Counted from the first letter of the stretch, positions 34,613 to 46,899 are shown. The stretch: 64,000 nt of DNA from Macrostomum lignano (GCA_002269645.1 NIVC01000991.1:186001-250000), one strand, 5' to 3'. Made by a program: numbers and translations. Notes: generated by a model not told the origin, from the sequence alone.

Positions 34613-36105
34613 AGCTGTTATTATTATTAAGAAACCAGAGAGGAGACCCCTTACGCGCACGTGTTTGCAGAACAGGCAGGAGGGGCAGGCAGCAGCAGCC
34701 TGAGGGGTCAGTGCAAGCGCCTGCAAGTCAGCAATGAGGCAGTCCGTCAGAGTGGCAGTGCAGGTCTGGCCTCGGCGCAGTTGCTCGGTCGGCCAGGGTC
34801 AGAGGGACGGGCGCACCACGGTCCAGGGTCCGTAGGCAGTGGCCCAGCAGCATCTGGGGCGGAGCTCCAAGGCGGGTCATCAGAGCGGCAGGCGCTCCGG
34901 GTAATGCACGCCCACCGTGTAGCGCAGCAACGATCGGTAGAGCGCGTCCAGCGCTCGCTCTCGCATCTCCATGCCGTACAGGAGGATCGGCTCTACGGAC
35001 GCGTGTAACAGGCGCACCATCAGATTGTCTTTGACAGCTGAATTAAAGACGTTCCTGAAGAGGTGCTTGGCGCGCCACAGGCCTGAGTCCTCCTGTCGGA
35101 GACAATGGCATAGCGGTTCATCACCAGGGTGCCTGGCACACCGCGATGCCGTCTCCATTGGGCAGCGTGCGAGTTGGGGCGGTATTTGTGCCCACGTGCA
35201 GCGCCTCCGTCTTGCGAGCATTCACCAGCAGCCCAACACGGGGCGCCCACGTCGCGGCGCCCACGTCGCAGAGCCTTGTGAGAGCGCGCTATGTAGCAGC
35301 CGGAAAGTGCCTTGCGGAACTCGACAAAGACGATTGACACGGAGCGCTGGCGGGTCTTGCAGGCCTCTATGACAGAGCGGATGGTGGTAACCTGCTCGAT
35401 GGTGGACCTGTCAAGGCGGAAGCCCGCTTTGGAAGCTCAGCAGCAGCGGGTTAGGGCTGGGAAGGAGGCGGTTGCCAGAATCACGTTTAGCGGCTTCGGC
35501 GTTGTGCATTATAGCACGATGTCCCGCTGGCTTTCCAGGCTGATGGAGACAATCTTGGAGGTGCGCCATTGCTGAGGAGCTGAGGCGGTCTCGTTGCCTC
35601 CAAAGCTGCAGTGCTTGTTCAGCAGTCTGGTGGGGATTGGGGTGAGCTCAGGCAGCTTCAGGATCCCTTGGTGCGATGGCGTCCATCCCAGCGGCGGCAT
35701 CAGCTTGCAGTACTCAGTGCTCAGCCAACCTCGCCTGCAGTGATGGATGAAACCGGTGTTGAAGGCGCCTGGCTGGGCTGAAGCAAAGTCTGGGATGGGC
35801 AGAAGAGGCGCAGTTGGAGCGGGCGCGTTGAGAACCTCGTGGGCCAGCTTTCTGCAGGCTTCGTGGAATCAGAATCAGTGCCGCGGGGCCCTCAAGGCAG
35901 CACTATGGCGGCTGGCGGCTGTCGTTAGTGGCGAATTTGATTTTGCTCACAGCCTCTTCGCAAAAGACTTCAGTCCGCTGAGCGTGGATGCGCTACAGCT
36001 CGTCCCTGGAAGCACTGGCCTTGGTCGCTGTCATGGCTGCCTTGCCTGGGAGATGATGACATCGCGGTCCCACGTCTGTGAGCTATCCCCACATGACACA
36101 CCATA
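34613..36105 (-). mobile_element. Degraded, 5'-truncated non-LTR retrotransposon (LINE; RT fragment)
   Basis: Minus-strand fragments PQQWRTSKIV, AGFRLDRSTIEQVTTIRSVIEAC...VSIVFVEFRKA, RLLHASVEPILLYGME, VGVHYPERLP; frameshifts, stops and an internal deletion; (TAA)n tail at ~34617-34628. Confidence 0.85.
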
Positions 36106-36115
36106 AACGTATAGT

Positions 36116-36172
36116 CAAGGACTACTTAAGAACACTTAAGGACTACAAATAAGTGTTCTTAAGTAGTCCTTG
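36116..36172. mobile_element. Minimal 57-bp hAT-type element (perfect hairpin)
   Basis: 23-bp perfect TIR CAAGGACTACTTAAGAACACTTA, 11-nt loop, 8-bp TSD CGTATAGT (36108-36115 and 36173-36180). Confidence 0.85.
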
Positions 36173-37400
36173 CGTATAGTATTGGCAAAGAAAATTTTGC
36201 AGCAGGAATTATTGTGTAAATGAAGCTGAATATTTTTATGTCATGCGTGTTAGCTAATACTTAGAAGTCTATATACTTACATTAACTAAATTTGAGTAAA
36301 TACAGCTCTAAATACTATTGGATGATATAGCGCCTAAATGTCAAAATGCAAACTCGATTGAAGGCTAACTATGGCAAATAAGTCATAAAACAATCTGATA
36401 AACATATTAGCAGATTTCTTCTACTTTGAGCTCCTATTTTAAACACATAAATGCAGGTAAAATAGCAACAAGGAACTAAATATTAATTTATATCATAATA
36501 TAAATCTTCGAATAAAATAATTCTTAAGTGTTTTTGTTTCAAAGCGCCAAAAATATGATCGAGACTGCGACTTTCTAAACTTTTGGACTATGTTTTGCAA
36601 TAATTACTACCAATATAATTACTAGAAAGTCACGTACGTGTTCAATAGTATACCGGCGCAGATCATTAATTAAAATCTTCAAATTTTGAATTCGCGCCTT
36701 TAAGAGTTTTCGAAATTTTTGAGTTAACAATAGTTTGTGACAGAATAGGATATTGAACAAGTTAAAATATCAACTAGCTCTTTTTTATCTTCAAAATAAT
36801 TTTTAATAACTTCGCTAGCTAATGAAAGTGATCTATTGCATAGCCCCTAGAAAGAAACAATACAATACAAGAAACAAAACAATACAAATATCCCCAAATA
36901 ATAACACCTTAACGAATTTTAATAGCTCGCTCGTACCTCGTAGTATAGCTAGACAGGAGCCTCATGCGCTGACGCTGATACAGCATGTGTATGTGTTCGA
37001 GTGTCCGTAGGACCGTAGGCAATGTGGCAAATTTATGTGCCTAATAAAAAACCTTTTTGTCTATGTGACATGTTTCAGTGTGTCTTTTTGGAGGTACTAC
37101 ACTAGGCCTATATTGCCATTGGCTTGGAACAATGGATCATTTATCAATAGTGAAGTGAATAGGCCTACGCTCTAGAGAATATCCTTGCTTTGTTGTAAGC
37201 CTAGATAGGCCTACTAGTCTAGGGCTAGGTTATTTATTATAGGCTTGGCCTAGCTGGCTAGCTTGTGGTTTGGCAACAAGATCCATCTACTTTTAAATGT
37301 ATAACATAGACACACAGTATATTTAATTATTATATGAATAAATTCTTAGCTATAATTATATTATATATTACATTAATATAGTTGTATTGTATGCTAGTAA

Positions 37401-37700
37401 CAGCAATGGCTAGAGTTCTGGCACTAGAACCCATTTTCTGCTAGAACCTATCTAGCAGTGGTATTCCAATAATAATGCAATTTATGGGTATATTATATTA
37501 TAGCAGAAACATTTTAATTTTTTAACAAGTAGGCCTTAATCTTAATATTGATACTTGATATTAAGATTTTATTTCTAATGTTCAAAGACTTTATTATTAA
37601 TATTAGATAGGCTAACTGCTTGCAGAAGACTGTCAGATCTATCCATAGCCATTAGAAAACAAGTTCTGCCTATTCTAGTGCTAGAACTCTAGCCATTACC
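37401..37700. mobile_element. Heavily mutated MITE
   Basis: Arms CAATGGCTAGAGTTCTGGCACTAGAA (37404-37429) and TTCTAGTGCTAGAACTCTAGCCATTA (37673-37698) are near-perfect inverted repeats. Confidence 0.65.
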
Positions 37701-37904
37701 ACTAGTAACCTAAGCTTGCTTAGGCCTATTTAGTGTGACTTTTATTCTATATAGGCCACTGGCTACTAGTAAGTGGCCACTACAAAATAGACATAGGCCT
37801 AATATTAAAAATTAGGGGTTTTACTTTTTGTAAATATTTATCTATCTTATCTTCTAATCTAATATATTATAAATGGTTTATTATTAGGTAGGTATCTATA
37901 TACC

Positions 37905-38360
37905 TATGTGATCAATTAGCAGAAACCATTTTTCTTTAAACTTGCATTATTCAATTTGAAATTTTTTATGATAATACATCTTAGCTAAAAAAATGTTCAA
38001 TACTAAAACAATAGATTAAATATAAAAAAACATGTTTTTGCAAAGATCAATAAGACTTTTCAACTTGAAATGCATTATAAGAATGCTAGAAAAAAACTGA
38101 CTAATTGAATTTTGATTCTTATAAAGATTTATTATACTAGGCTTTTTATATATTGTCTAAATGCTAGCTAAATTTTGACTTTGAATTCAATTGCTTCAAA
38201 GTGTTGAAAATGCAGTTTGAAAACATAGCATAAGACTTGATTTATATTGTGCAACCATATAGCTAATTATAATTGAATTATAGGTGCTACAAATTCATTT
38301 ATAAATTCAATTAGAGCTAGCCTAGATATGAACAAACTAGGCTGCTAATACTATGACAAA
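37905..38360 (-). mobile_element. Inverted, hypermutated copy of the shared HINE-like tail and tRNA-like module
   Basis: Aligns to the reverse complement of 17040-17400 / 20545-20850 (e.g. TTTGCAAAGATCAA, CTTGAAATGCATTATAAGAATGCTAG, AGAGCTAGCCTAG). Confidence 0.75.
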
Positions 38361-38702
38361 TACCCCTATATTTGCATCAATGTTTTAATTGGTATTTTGT
38401 TTGTTTGGTTAGAAATCTTGTTGTTTAAAATTGAAAGTATAAAATATATTAGTCTGGTATTATAAAATAAAAATAAAGCTTTTGTAGATTATATAGAACA
38501 TGTACATATAGGGCCTAGCCAGGCTAAGAAAAGCTAGGCCTAAGACTAGTCTAGACTTTAAACAATTTAAGGGCAGTAAAGGCCTTGGACAGCTTATTTA
38601 ACTAACTAATAGATCACAAGAGGCTATATATAGTATTGTAGGTAGCTGTGTTATAGCCTATTTATTTTCTATAAAAAGAAAGTAAGGCAGCAATTTTTCA
38701 AA

Positions 38703-38760
38703 GCAGAGGTTGGTAAACTTCAGTCTGCAGGCCACATGTGGCCTAAAAAGCCTATCTGGT
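38703..38760 (+). mobile_element. CpG-decayed hAT/Charlie-type MITE terminus
   Basis: CAGAGGTTGGTAAACTTCAGTCTGCAGGCCACATGTGGCC resembles the common hAT end CAGGGGT.GGCAAACTTCGGCCCGCGGGCCACATGCGGCC; other end not located. Confidence 0.4.
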
Positions 38761-39053
38761 CTTTGGGTCCTTTTGCAACTTCAAACTAGCAACCTGGCCT
38801 GCTTAAGGTTTGTCTTTTCCCAGCCCTCTTCTCTAATAATCTCCTCTCCTTCCTCTCCCTTCTCTCCTCTCTCCTCTCCTCTCTTTACTCGTATTCACTT
38901 TAAAAATAATAAATTTCTAAAGTATTTAAACATCCCTTGGGCCAGCCCCAAGGCACACATATACAGTGGAATGGATATAAATGCTTATTGGTAATATAAT
39001 ATTGTAGCTTGCATTGGTCAAAGCAACAGTTTATTATTGGCTCTTAATTTCAG

Positions 39054-41729
39054 GCTGACACTGAAAAGCAGGAGCACAGTCGCAGCAGTGCTGGCAGCAG
39101 CGGCGGTGGCCGCAGCGCAGACACCAAAGATAGAAAGCAGTCAAGGTCACGGAGGTCGAGGTCAAGGTCATCCTCGGTTTCAAGCTCGTCGGGTCGTCGT
39201 GGGCGGCATTATCGACACGATCGACGTTCTAATCGGGATCGTGAGCGTCGAAGGAGGGACAGTCGCGAGCGACGGCGAGAGCGAGATCGTTCGCGTTCGT
39301 CCTCTGATTCCTCTAGAGAGCGCCGGTCTGGCGTGAGTATTGGGCTCAAGTCTTCGATCCCATTTCATAGATACCATCCCCAATCAGCTCTCCTTTTGCA
39401 GCCCGAACTCCCAATACCAAAATTTATTTCCAAATATTGGTACATCCTTTGATCCTCAAATGCATTCCTGATCGATCCCGGATCCTCAAAATGCATTCGT
39501 GATCCCAAATCGATCCCTGATCCTCAAAATGCATTCGTGATCCCCAAATCGATCCCTGATCCTCAAAATGCATTCGTGATCCCCAAATCGATCCCTGATC
39601 CTCAAAATGTATTAGTGATCCCCAAATCGATCTCTGATCCTCAAAATGTATTAGTGATCCCCAAACATACATGCGCAACCTCCAAAATTCGGTCGGCCGT
39701 GCGACTTAGTTTTAACAAAAATGCGACATAGTTTTTGGCCAGAAATGCGACTTACATGTAAAAAAAACCCTAAAGCAAAATTAACGCAACTTTGGGTAAA
39801 CGGCAGGAGTAACTATGACTGTCTTATTAACCCAAAATGCCTCGTCAGCTACTTAGTACTACTACTTAGGTATTTTTTCGGGTGGGCATTTTTGCGACTT
39901 CCTTGGTTGGTCACCAAATCAGTCGGCCGGATCGGCCGACTCGGCCGACTGTTGCGCATGTATGTCCCCAAATCGATTCCTGATCCTCAAAATGCATTCG
40001 TGATCCCCAAATCGATCCCTGATCCTCAAAATGTATTAGTGATTCCCCAATCGATCCCTGATCCTCAAAATGCATTCGTGATCTTCAAGGCGGTCTCTTC
40101 TGATCCTCAAAATTCATTCCTGATCCTAAAAGAAGTCCCCGTAATCCCCAATGCACGTAGACTGATCTCAGTTCTATCCCAACTCTCTTCGAGTGTAATT
40201 AGTTCTCACTCGCCATTACCACCAACAGGACACCCGATCAAAGCAAGACTCGACCAGCTCTGCAGCGAAACCTGTTCAAGCTAAACAGCCTCAGCCTTCA
40301 GCATCTGCCGCAGTCCCAGCCGCCAACCCGGCCGCCGCTCTGGCTGCCGCTAAGCTAGCCGCCGCCGCCGCAGCCGCCCAGATCAATGCTGTCGCCGCTG
40401 TACAAGATGAGAAACGCCGGCAGCTCTGGTCTCGTGCTGGCGAGAATCGCCAACGCACCGCGCCAGTCTGGGCCCAACAAGCCGGAGCCGTTGATGACGG
40501 CTGCGGTAGGGAAGAGAAATTCCGGAAACTGATGGGTCTTGGCGGCGGCGCTGCCGGTGCGGCCGGCGCTTCTTCCGGCGGGTCTGATGGAGAAGGTGAA
40601 AATGCATGCCTCACCTGTCTTCTCCTCTGTCTACCTCTCTGTCTCCCCCCTCTCCTGTCTTCCTTATTTATCTGCTCCTCTGCCTCCCCTCACCCCACTC
40701 TGTCCCCCCTCACCCTCACTCTGTCCCCCCTCACCCTCACTCTGTCTCCCCCTCACCCTCACTCTGTCTCCCCTCACCCCACTCTGTCTCCCCTCACCCT
40801 CACCCTGTCTCCCCTCACCCTCACTCTGTCCCCCCTCACCCTCACTCTGTCTCCCCTCACCCTCACTCTGTCTCCCCTCACCCCACTCTGTCTCCCCTCA
40901 CCCACTGTCTCCCCTCACCCCACTCTGTCTCCCCTCACCCCCACTCTGTCTCCCCTCACCCCACTCTGTCTCCCCTCACCCCACTCTGTCTCCCCTCACC
41001 CTCACTCTGTCTCCCCTCACCCTCACTCTGTCTCCCCTCACCCTCACTCTGTCTTCCCTCACCCTCACTCTGTCTCCCCTCACCCTCACTCTGTCTCCCC
41101 TCACCCCACTCTGTCTCCCCTCACCCTCACTCTGTCTCCCCTCACCCTCACTCTGTCTCCACTCACCCTCACTCTGTCTCCCCTCACCCTCACTCTGTCT
41201 CCCCTCACCCCACTCTGTCCCCCCTCACCCTCACTCTGTCTCCCCTCACCCTCACTCTGTCTCCCCTCACCCTCACTCTGTCTCCCCTCACCCACTGTCT
41301 CCCCTCACCCCACTCTGTCTCCCCTCACCCCCACTCTGTCTCCCCTCACCCCCACTCTGTCTCCCCTCACCCTCACTCTGTCTCCCCTCACCCTCACTCT
41401 GTCTCCCCTCACCCTCGCTAACTCTGACTCCACCATCTCATAACCTTCTCTACCTTATCATCTGTCCCACCCTGTTGTGAGATACAAGCAGTCTTATTAT
41501 TTCTTAGAAAGCTATCCCATTCCCAAAAAGACAATATTGTTTCATAATAAATCCTACAGACAGAGCTGCTGTCCAACCAGCCAAGGAGTCCAAAGATGGA
41601 ACTGGCGAATTACCCGAAGTTGCTCGCCGAAGGCAGGACGCCATGTTTCACCGGCTTGAGGAGGACTATTCTCAGGCTCGGAGTGCTCATCGGGGCGCCG
41701 GTTTCGGCTATTCGTCTGGCCCGAGTTAA
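39054..41729 (+). CDS. RSRC2: Arginine/serine-rich coiled-coil protein 2-like (RS region plus SMAP-type C-terminus)
   Basis: Exons 39054-39332 (ADTEK...SRSRRSRSRS...RERDRSRS), 40229-40595 (EKRRQLWS...EEKFRKLMGLG) and 41560-41729 (QDAMFHRLEEDYSQARSAHRGAGFGY*); phases 0 and 1 match; no in-frame ATG in the first identified exon. Confidence 0.8.
39440..40140. repeat. Intronic minisatellite, 39 bp (GATCCTCAAAATGCATTCGTGATCCCCAAATCGATCCCT)
   Basis: Tandem repeat interrupted by a MITE. Confidence 0.9.
39666..39964. mobile_element. hAT-type MITE (299 bp) with 28S-rRNA-like core (39794-39857)
   Basis: Perfect 14-bp TIR CATACATGCGCAAC / GTTGCGCATGTATG; 8-bp TSD TCCCCAAA (39658-39665, 39965-39972); core GGGTAAACGGCAGGAGTAACTATGACTGTCTTATTAACCCAAAATGCCTCGTCAGCTACTTAGT. 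Confidence 0.85.
40680..41420. repeat. Intronic C-rich minisatellite, ~22-23 bp (CCCTCACCCTCACTCTGTCTCC)
   Basis: Direct tandem repeat in RSRC2 intron. Confidence 0.95.
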
Positions 41730-42179
41730 TTCAAATTTGTTACATAATGAGATGTTCAGGTGTCAGAGACAGTGATCAGTGTCAATGTGGAATACGATCT
41801 GAAACTGATTAGGAAAAATATTCCGCCCCTTATGCCCCTTATGCTTTGCATTTTGTATATACATTACTAAGTTGCTGTTTAAAACAATATGTTTAAAAGA
41901 AACTTAATCCATGTCTGTTGTTTCTCGATCATTAAGTTTATGGTGTTACATTCTATCTTATTCAGCTCATTGCATTAAAATATTTAATTAATTATGACTA
42001 AAACTAAAACGAAAATTATTGCTAGAGTCACCAACCCCACGTATTAAGAAATGGGTGTAACATCGGACTTTGTCTTGTGTATTATTATTTGGAAATTTTG
42101 TACCTATTATGGACCTAAGACTTATTATCCCTATTGTTCAAATCTGCTAGTCATAGAGACAGGCTTAAGCTATCTCTCA

Positions 42180-43150
42180 TATCTGCCATTCCAGTCCTTG
42201 ACCCATCTGCCAATCCCAGCCTTGACCCATCTGCCATTCCCACCCTTGACCCATCTGCCATTCCCACCATTGACCCATTTCCCATTCCCATCCTTGACCC
42301 ATCTGCCATTCCCACCCTTGACCCATCTGCCATTCCCACACTTGACCCATCTGTCATTCCCACCCTTGACCCATCTGCCATTCCCACCATTGACTCATTT
42401 CCCATTTCCATCCTTGACCCATCTGTCATTCCCAACCTTGACCCATTTCCCATTCCCACCATTGACCCATTTCCTATTCCCACCCTTGACCCATTTCCCA
42501 TTCCCACCCTTGACCTATCTGCCATTCCCATGCTTGACCCATCTGCCATTCCCGTCCTTGACCCATCTGCTAGTCCTATGCTTGACCCATCTGTCATTCC
42601 CATGCTTGACCCATCTGCCCCTCCCATGCTTGACCCATCTGCCATTTTTATGCTTGACCCATCTGCCATTCCCATGCTTGACCCATCGGCCCCTCCCATG
42701 CTTGACCCATCTGCCATTTTTATGCTTGACCCATCTGCCATTCCCATGCTTGACCCATCTGCCATTCCCACACTTGACCCATCTGCCATTCCCATGCTTG
42801 ACCCATCTGCCCCTCCCATGCTTGACCCATCTGCCATTCCCATGCTTGACCCATCTGCCCCTCCCATGCTTGACCCATCTGCCATTCCCACACTTGACCC
42901 ATCTGCCATTCCCATGCTTGACCCATCTGCCATTCCCACACTTGACCCATCTGCCATTCCCATGCTTGACCCATCTGCCCCTCCCATGCTTGACCCATCT
43001 GCCATTCCCATGCTTGACCCATCTGCCCCTCCCATGCTTGACCCATCTGCCATTCCCACACTTGACCCATCTGCCATTCCCATGCTTGACCCATCTGCCC
43101 CTCCCATGCTTGACCCATCTGCCATTCCCATGCTTGACCCATCTCCAGTT
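42180..43150. repeat. Intergenic minisatellite, 24 bp (CTTGACCCATCTGCCATTCCCATG)
   Basis: Direct tandem repeat. Confidence 0.95.
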
Positions 43151-43361
43151 CTTAACCTTGACCCATCTACATGTACCACCCTCACCGACCTATCTGATCT
43201 CATACCGTTGACCCAGAACTCACTTCTGACCCATCGATCTTGTTACCTGTTTATAAGATTAACACGTCAAGTGAGTTTACGAGTAATATAGCTATTTAAT
43301 CCTGCCTCCTATACCTACGTGCATTTGCGTCTCATTTGCACCCGTGTGTACTTTCCATGCC

Positions 43362-46091
43362 ATGGGCGGAGACGGAGGCAGCATACCGAAACGAATCGAA
43401 CTGGTGCGCAGTCGCCAGAAACCCGAGCAGGTGGCCAAGGAGGCTGAATTGGCCGCCAGATGGAGACACTGCCAGCTGTCTCAGGAGCTGCTCAACCGGC
43501 CAATAGTAGCCTGTCATCTTGGTCGGATGTACAACAAGACTGCCGCTCTGGAGTTCCTGCTCGACAGAGAGAAATACGGCACTAGCGGTGCGTTCGAGCA
43601 TATCCGCTCGTTGCGGGACTTGCGCGAGCTTAAACTGGCTGATAATCCGGAGGGACAGGTGATTCTGCTAGATTTTTTAATGAAAGGATATGAAGATTAA
43701 TGAGGGGGGTTGTAGCCTAGTGTTTAGAGCTTCGGACTCGCGACTTGAAGGTCGGGGGTTCGATTCCCGATTCCACTGGAGACAGTTGTAGCCTAGTGTT
43801 TAGAGCGTCGGACTCGCGACTTGAAGGTCGGGGGTTCGATTCCCGATCCCACTGGAGACAGTTGTAGCCTAGTGTTTAGAGCTTAGGACTCACGACTTAA
43901 GGTCGGGGGTTCGATTCCCGATCCCACTGGAGACAGTTGTAGCCTAGTGTTTAGAGCTTAGGACTCACGACTTAAGGTCGGGGGTTCGATTCCCGATCCC
44001 ACTGGAGACAGTTGTAGCCTAGTGTTTAGAGCTTCAAACTCATGACTTGAAGGTCGGGGGTTCGATTCCCGATCCCACTGGAGACAGTTGTAGCCTAGTG
44101 TTTAGAGCTTCGGACTCGCGACTTGAAGGTCGGGGGTTCGATTCCCTATCCCACTGGAACAATGTGTGTCCTTGAGCATGACACTTAACTCTGCATTGCT
44201 TCAGTTCACCCAGCTGTAAAATGGGTGCCAGCATTAGCTGGGGTAATTGAGGGTGTGTGTGGCGTAATGTAGGTTGCAAGTCTTCCCATCGGGGCAAGTG
44301 TAATCAATTATTATTATTATGAAGATCACCAAGGCTGTGAGTTTTTAAGATTCAGAGCGTTTTGCGGTTTAAATTTCACTCTCAAGAATGTCTAGAATTA
44401 TGGGCTTTTAAGGGGAAACTGGGAATTATAGGATTTCAAGGGAATCAGAGAATTATGGGCTTCTAAGGGGAATCCGAGAATTATTGAATTTTATAGGGAA
44501 TCCGAGTATTATAGGATTTTAAGGGAAACAGACCATTATGGGCTTTTAAGGGGAATCTGAGAATTATGGGATTTTATGGGGAATCTGAGAATTATGGGAT
44601 TTTATGGGGAATCAGAGAACTATGGGATTTTAAGGGGAATCTGAGAATTATGAGATTTTATGGGGAATCTGAGAATTATGGGATTTCATGGGGAATCAGA
44701 GAATTATGGGATTTTATGGGGAATCAGAAAACTATGGGATTTTAAGGGGAATCTGAGAATTATGGGATTTTATGGGGAATCTGAGAATTATGGGATTTTA
44801 TGGGGAATCAGAGAACTATGGGATTTTAAGGGGAATCTGAGAATTATGAGATTTTATGGGGAATCTGAGAATTATGGGATTTTATGGGGAATCAGAGAAT
44901 TATGGGATTTTATGGGGAATCAGAAAACTATGGGATTTTAAGGGGAATCTGAGAATTATGGGATTTTATGGGGAATCTGAGAATTATGGGATTTTATGGG
45001 GGATCTGAGAATTATGGGGTTTTAAGGGGAATCTGAGAACTATGGGATTTTATGGGCAATCTGAGAATTATGGGATTTTATGGGGAATCTGAGAATTATG
45101 GGATTTTAAGGGGAATCTGAGAATTGTGGGATTTTAAGGGGAATCTGAGAACTATGAGATTTTATGGGGGATCTGAGAATTATGGGATTTTATGGGGAAT
45201 CTGAGAATTATAGGATTTTATGGGGAATCTGAAAATTATGGGATTTTAAGGGGAATCTGAGAATTATGGGATTTTATGGGGAATCAGAGAATTATGGGAT
45301 TTTATGGGGAATCAGAGAATTATGGGATTTTATGGGGGATCTGAGAACTATGGGATTTAAGGGGAGTCTGAGAATTATGGGATTTAAGGGGAGTCTGAGG
45401 ATTATAGGATTTTATGGGGAATCTGAGAACTACGGGATTTTAAGGGGAATCTGACATATTTGATTTACAAGTTTAAAAAATGAGTAACATTCTAAAATTC
45501 GCCTCCCCGCCTCCCAACAACCAGGAGAAAGCTGCTTCATCATCCGCCGCAGGCGCTGGTGCTGCCGCTGCTTCGGCCGCCAGCCCGTTCGCCTGCCCCC
45601 TGTCCGGCGTGGAGATGAACGGCCGGTTCCGTTTCGTGTTCCCCTGGTCCTGCGGCTGCGCGCTGGCCGAGAAAGCCGTTGACCAGCTGCTGAAGTCCGC
45701 ACCAAATAGGCAGTCGCTGGCCTGCCCGTCCTGTCAGCAGCCTGACGCCATGTCAGATTTGATTGTTCTCAATCCTGCCACGGACGCTGAAGTTGCCGCC
45801 GCTAGCGAGGCTATGGTTGCTAGGAAACGCAAACTCAGGCAGGAATCAAAAAGTAATAAATCGTCCAAGTCTGCCGCTGCTGCTCCCGCTGCTGCAAAGC
45901 GAAAGCAGCAACCAGCAGAATCTGCTTCTGCTTCATCAACCGGTTCAAAGATTGCTCGTCCAAGTGGCAGCAGCATTCAAAACAACCCGAAGGCTTCGGC
46001 GGCACTGAAGTCCCTGTTAACCAGTTCGAAGGAGGCCAAGGCGCAGGATAAGGCGCACTGGGTCACCTTTAATCCTGGCTATTTTCGTTGA
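43362..46091 (+). CDS. RTF2: Replication termination factor 2 homolog
   Basis: Exons 43362-43658 and 45525-46091, phase 0; MGGDGGSIPKRIELVR, WRHCQLSQELL, PIVACHLGRMYNK, FACPLSGVEMNGRFRFVFPWSCGC, CPSC, C-terminal ALKSLLTSS...HWVTFNP match the RTF2 family. Confidence 0.93.
43704..44320 (+). mobile_element. tRNA-derived CORE-type SINE with six tandem tRNA heads, in the RTF2 intron
   Basis: Six 75-76-bp units starting 43709, 43785, 43861, 43936, 44011, 44087 (TAGCCTAGTGTTTAGAGC...GGTTCGATTCCC); then TGTGTCCTTGAGCATGACACTTAACTC...CAGTT...CTGTAAAATGGG (MIR/CORE-like); (TAT)n tail; TATGAAGAT near both ends. Confidence 0.85.
44390..45455. repeat. Intronic minisatellite, ~25-26 bp (GGGGAATCTGAGAATTATGGGATTTTA)
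   Basis: Direct tandem repeat. Confidence 0.95.
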
Positions 46092-46899
46092 ATCAACTGG
46101 AAACTGAATTCTGATTTTAATAATAACAAAAAAACGCTAACTATCCTATTGATTAATTGGTGTAAGTAGAATCTACCAAATTTTACTAATATTATTCTCA
46201 AAAAAAGTAAAAAATACTTTTGTAAATAAAATCCCGCTTTAAGTTACGCTTCGTTGTGACTATTGTGTTGTAAAATAAATAACTCGAAGCTATGAAATAA
46301 ACCATACTTTGCGGCGTTAAATAAAAATTAAAAATTGGTAATTAACCATTAAAAGCTAATAGAAGAAGTGTTATACTTTCTAGAATTCTTAGAAAGATAA
46401 GGATTTCCTATTTTTCTTCTGGTGGAAACAAAAAACACTTATCTCTCTCTCCTTCTGGCTCTTCCGCAAGGTCAAAGAAACATTTTTCTCCATCATATTC
46501 TCTCCAACCTTCTACTGCACCCACAAGCGGCGGCCCTGGATACTAACTCACCACTGTTCAACTTCTTGGATTCTTGCTTGCAGTCAGTCGATTGCACTAA
46601 TTCTGCTAGCCCACTTGATAGGCAGCGAGTCTGCCACTGCCCTGCGTTTCCTTCTTCTGTGTTCTTCTGTTCCTTTTTTACCCTTCTGTTTCTGGATTAT
46701 ATTCTTTTTTCCTACCACTGCGGTAGGAAGCACCACTTATCTATGCATATCTATCCATATTTACGTATTTACTTGTGTTATTTTTTTTCATTTTTTCATT
46801 TTTTCATTTCATCAATTTCATTTTTTTCAACGGTACACAAATTTGAAACTGCAGACTTTCTAAACGACTGTTTTCTAGGGAAAGATCAAAAGAGGGAGT

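Noticed and set aside
40532-43291. Pro/His/Leu-rich and DPSAIPML ORFs
   Set aside because: Intronic or intergenic minisatellites; the real RSRC2 frame splices out at 40595.
43709-44160. Cluster of real tRNA genes
   Set aside because: Anticodon and acceptor stems pair poorly and the units lead into a SINE body and tail.
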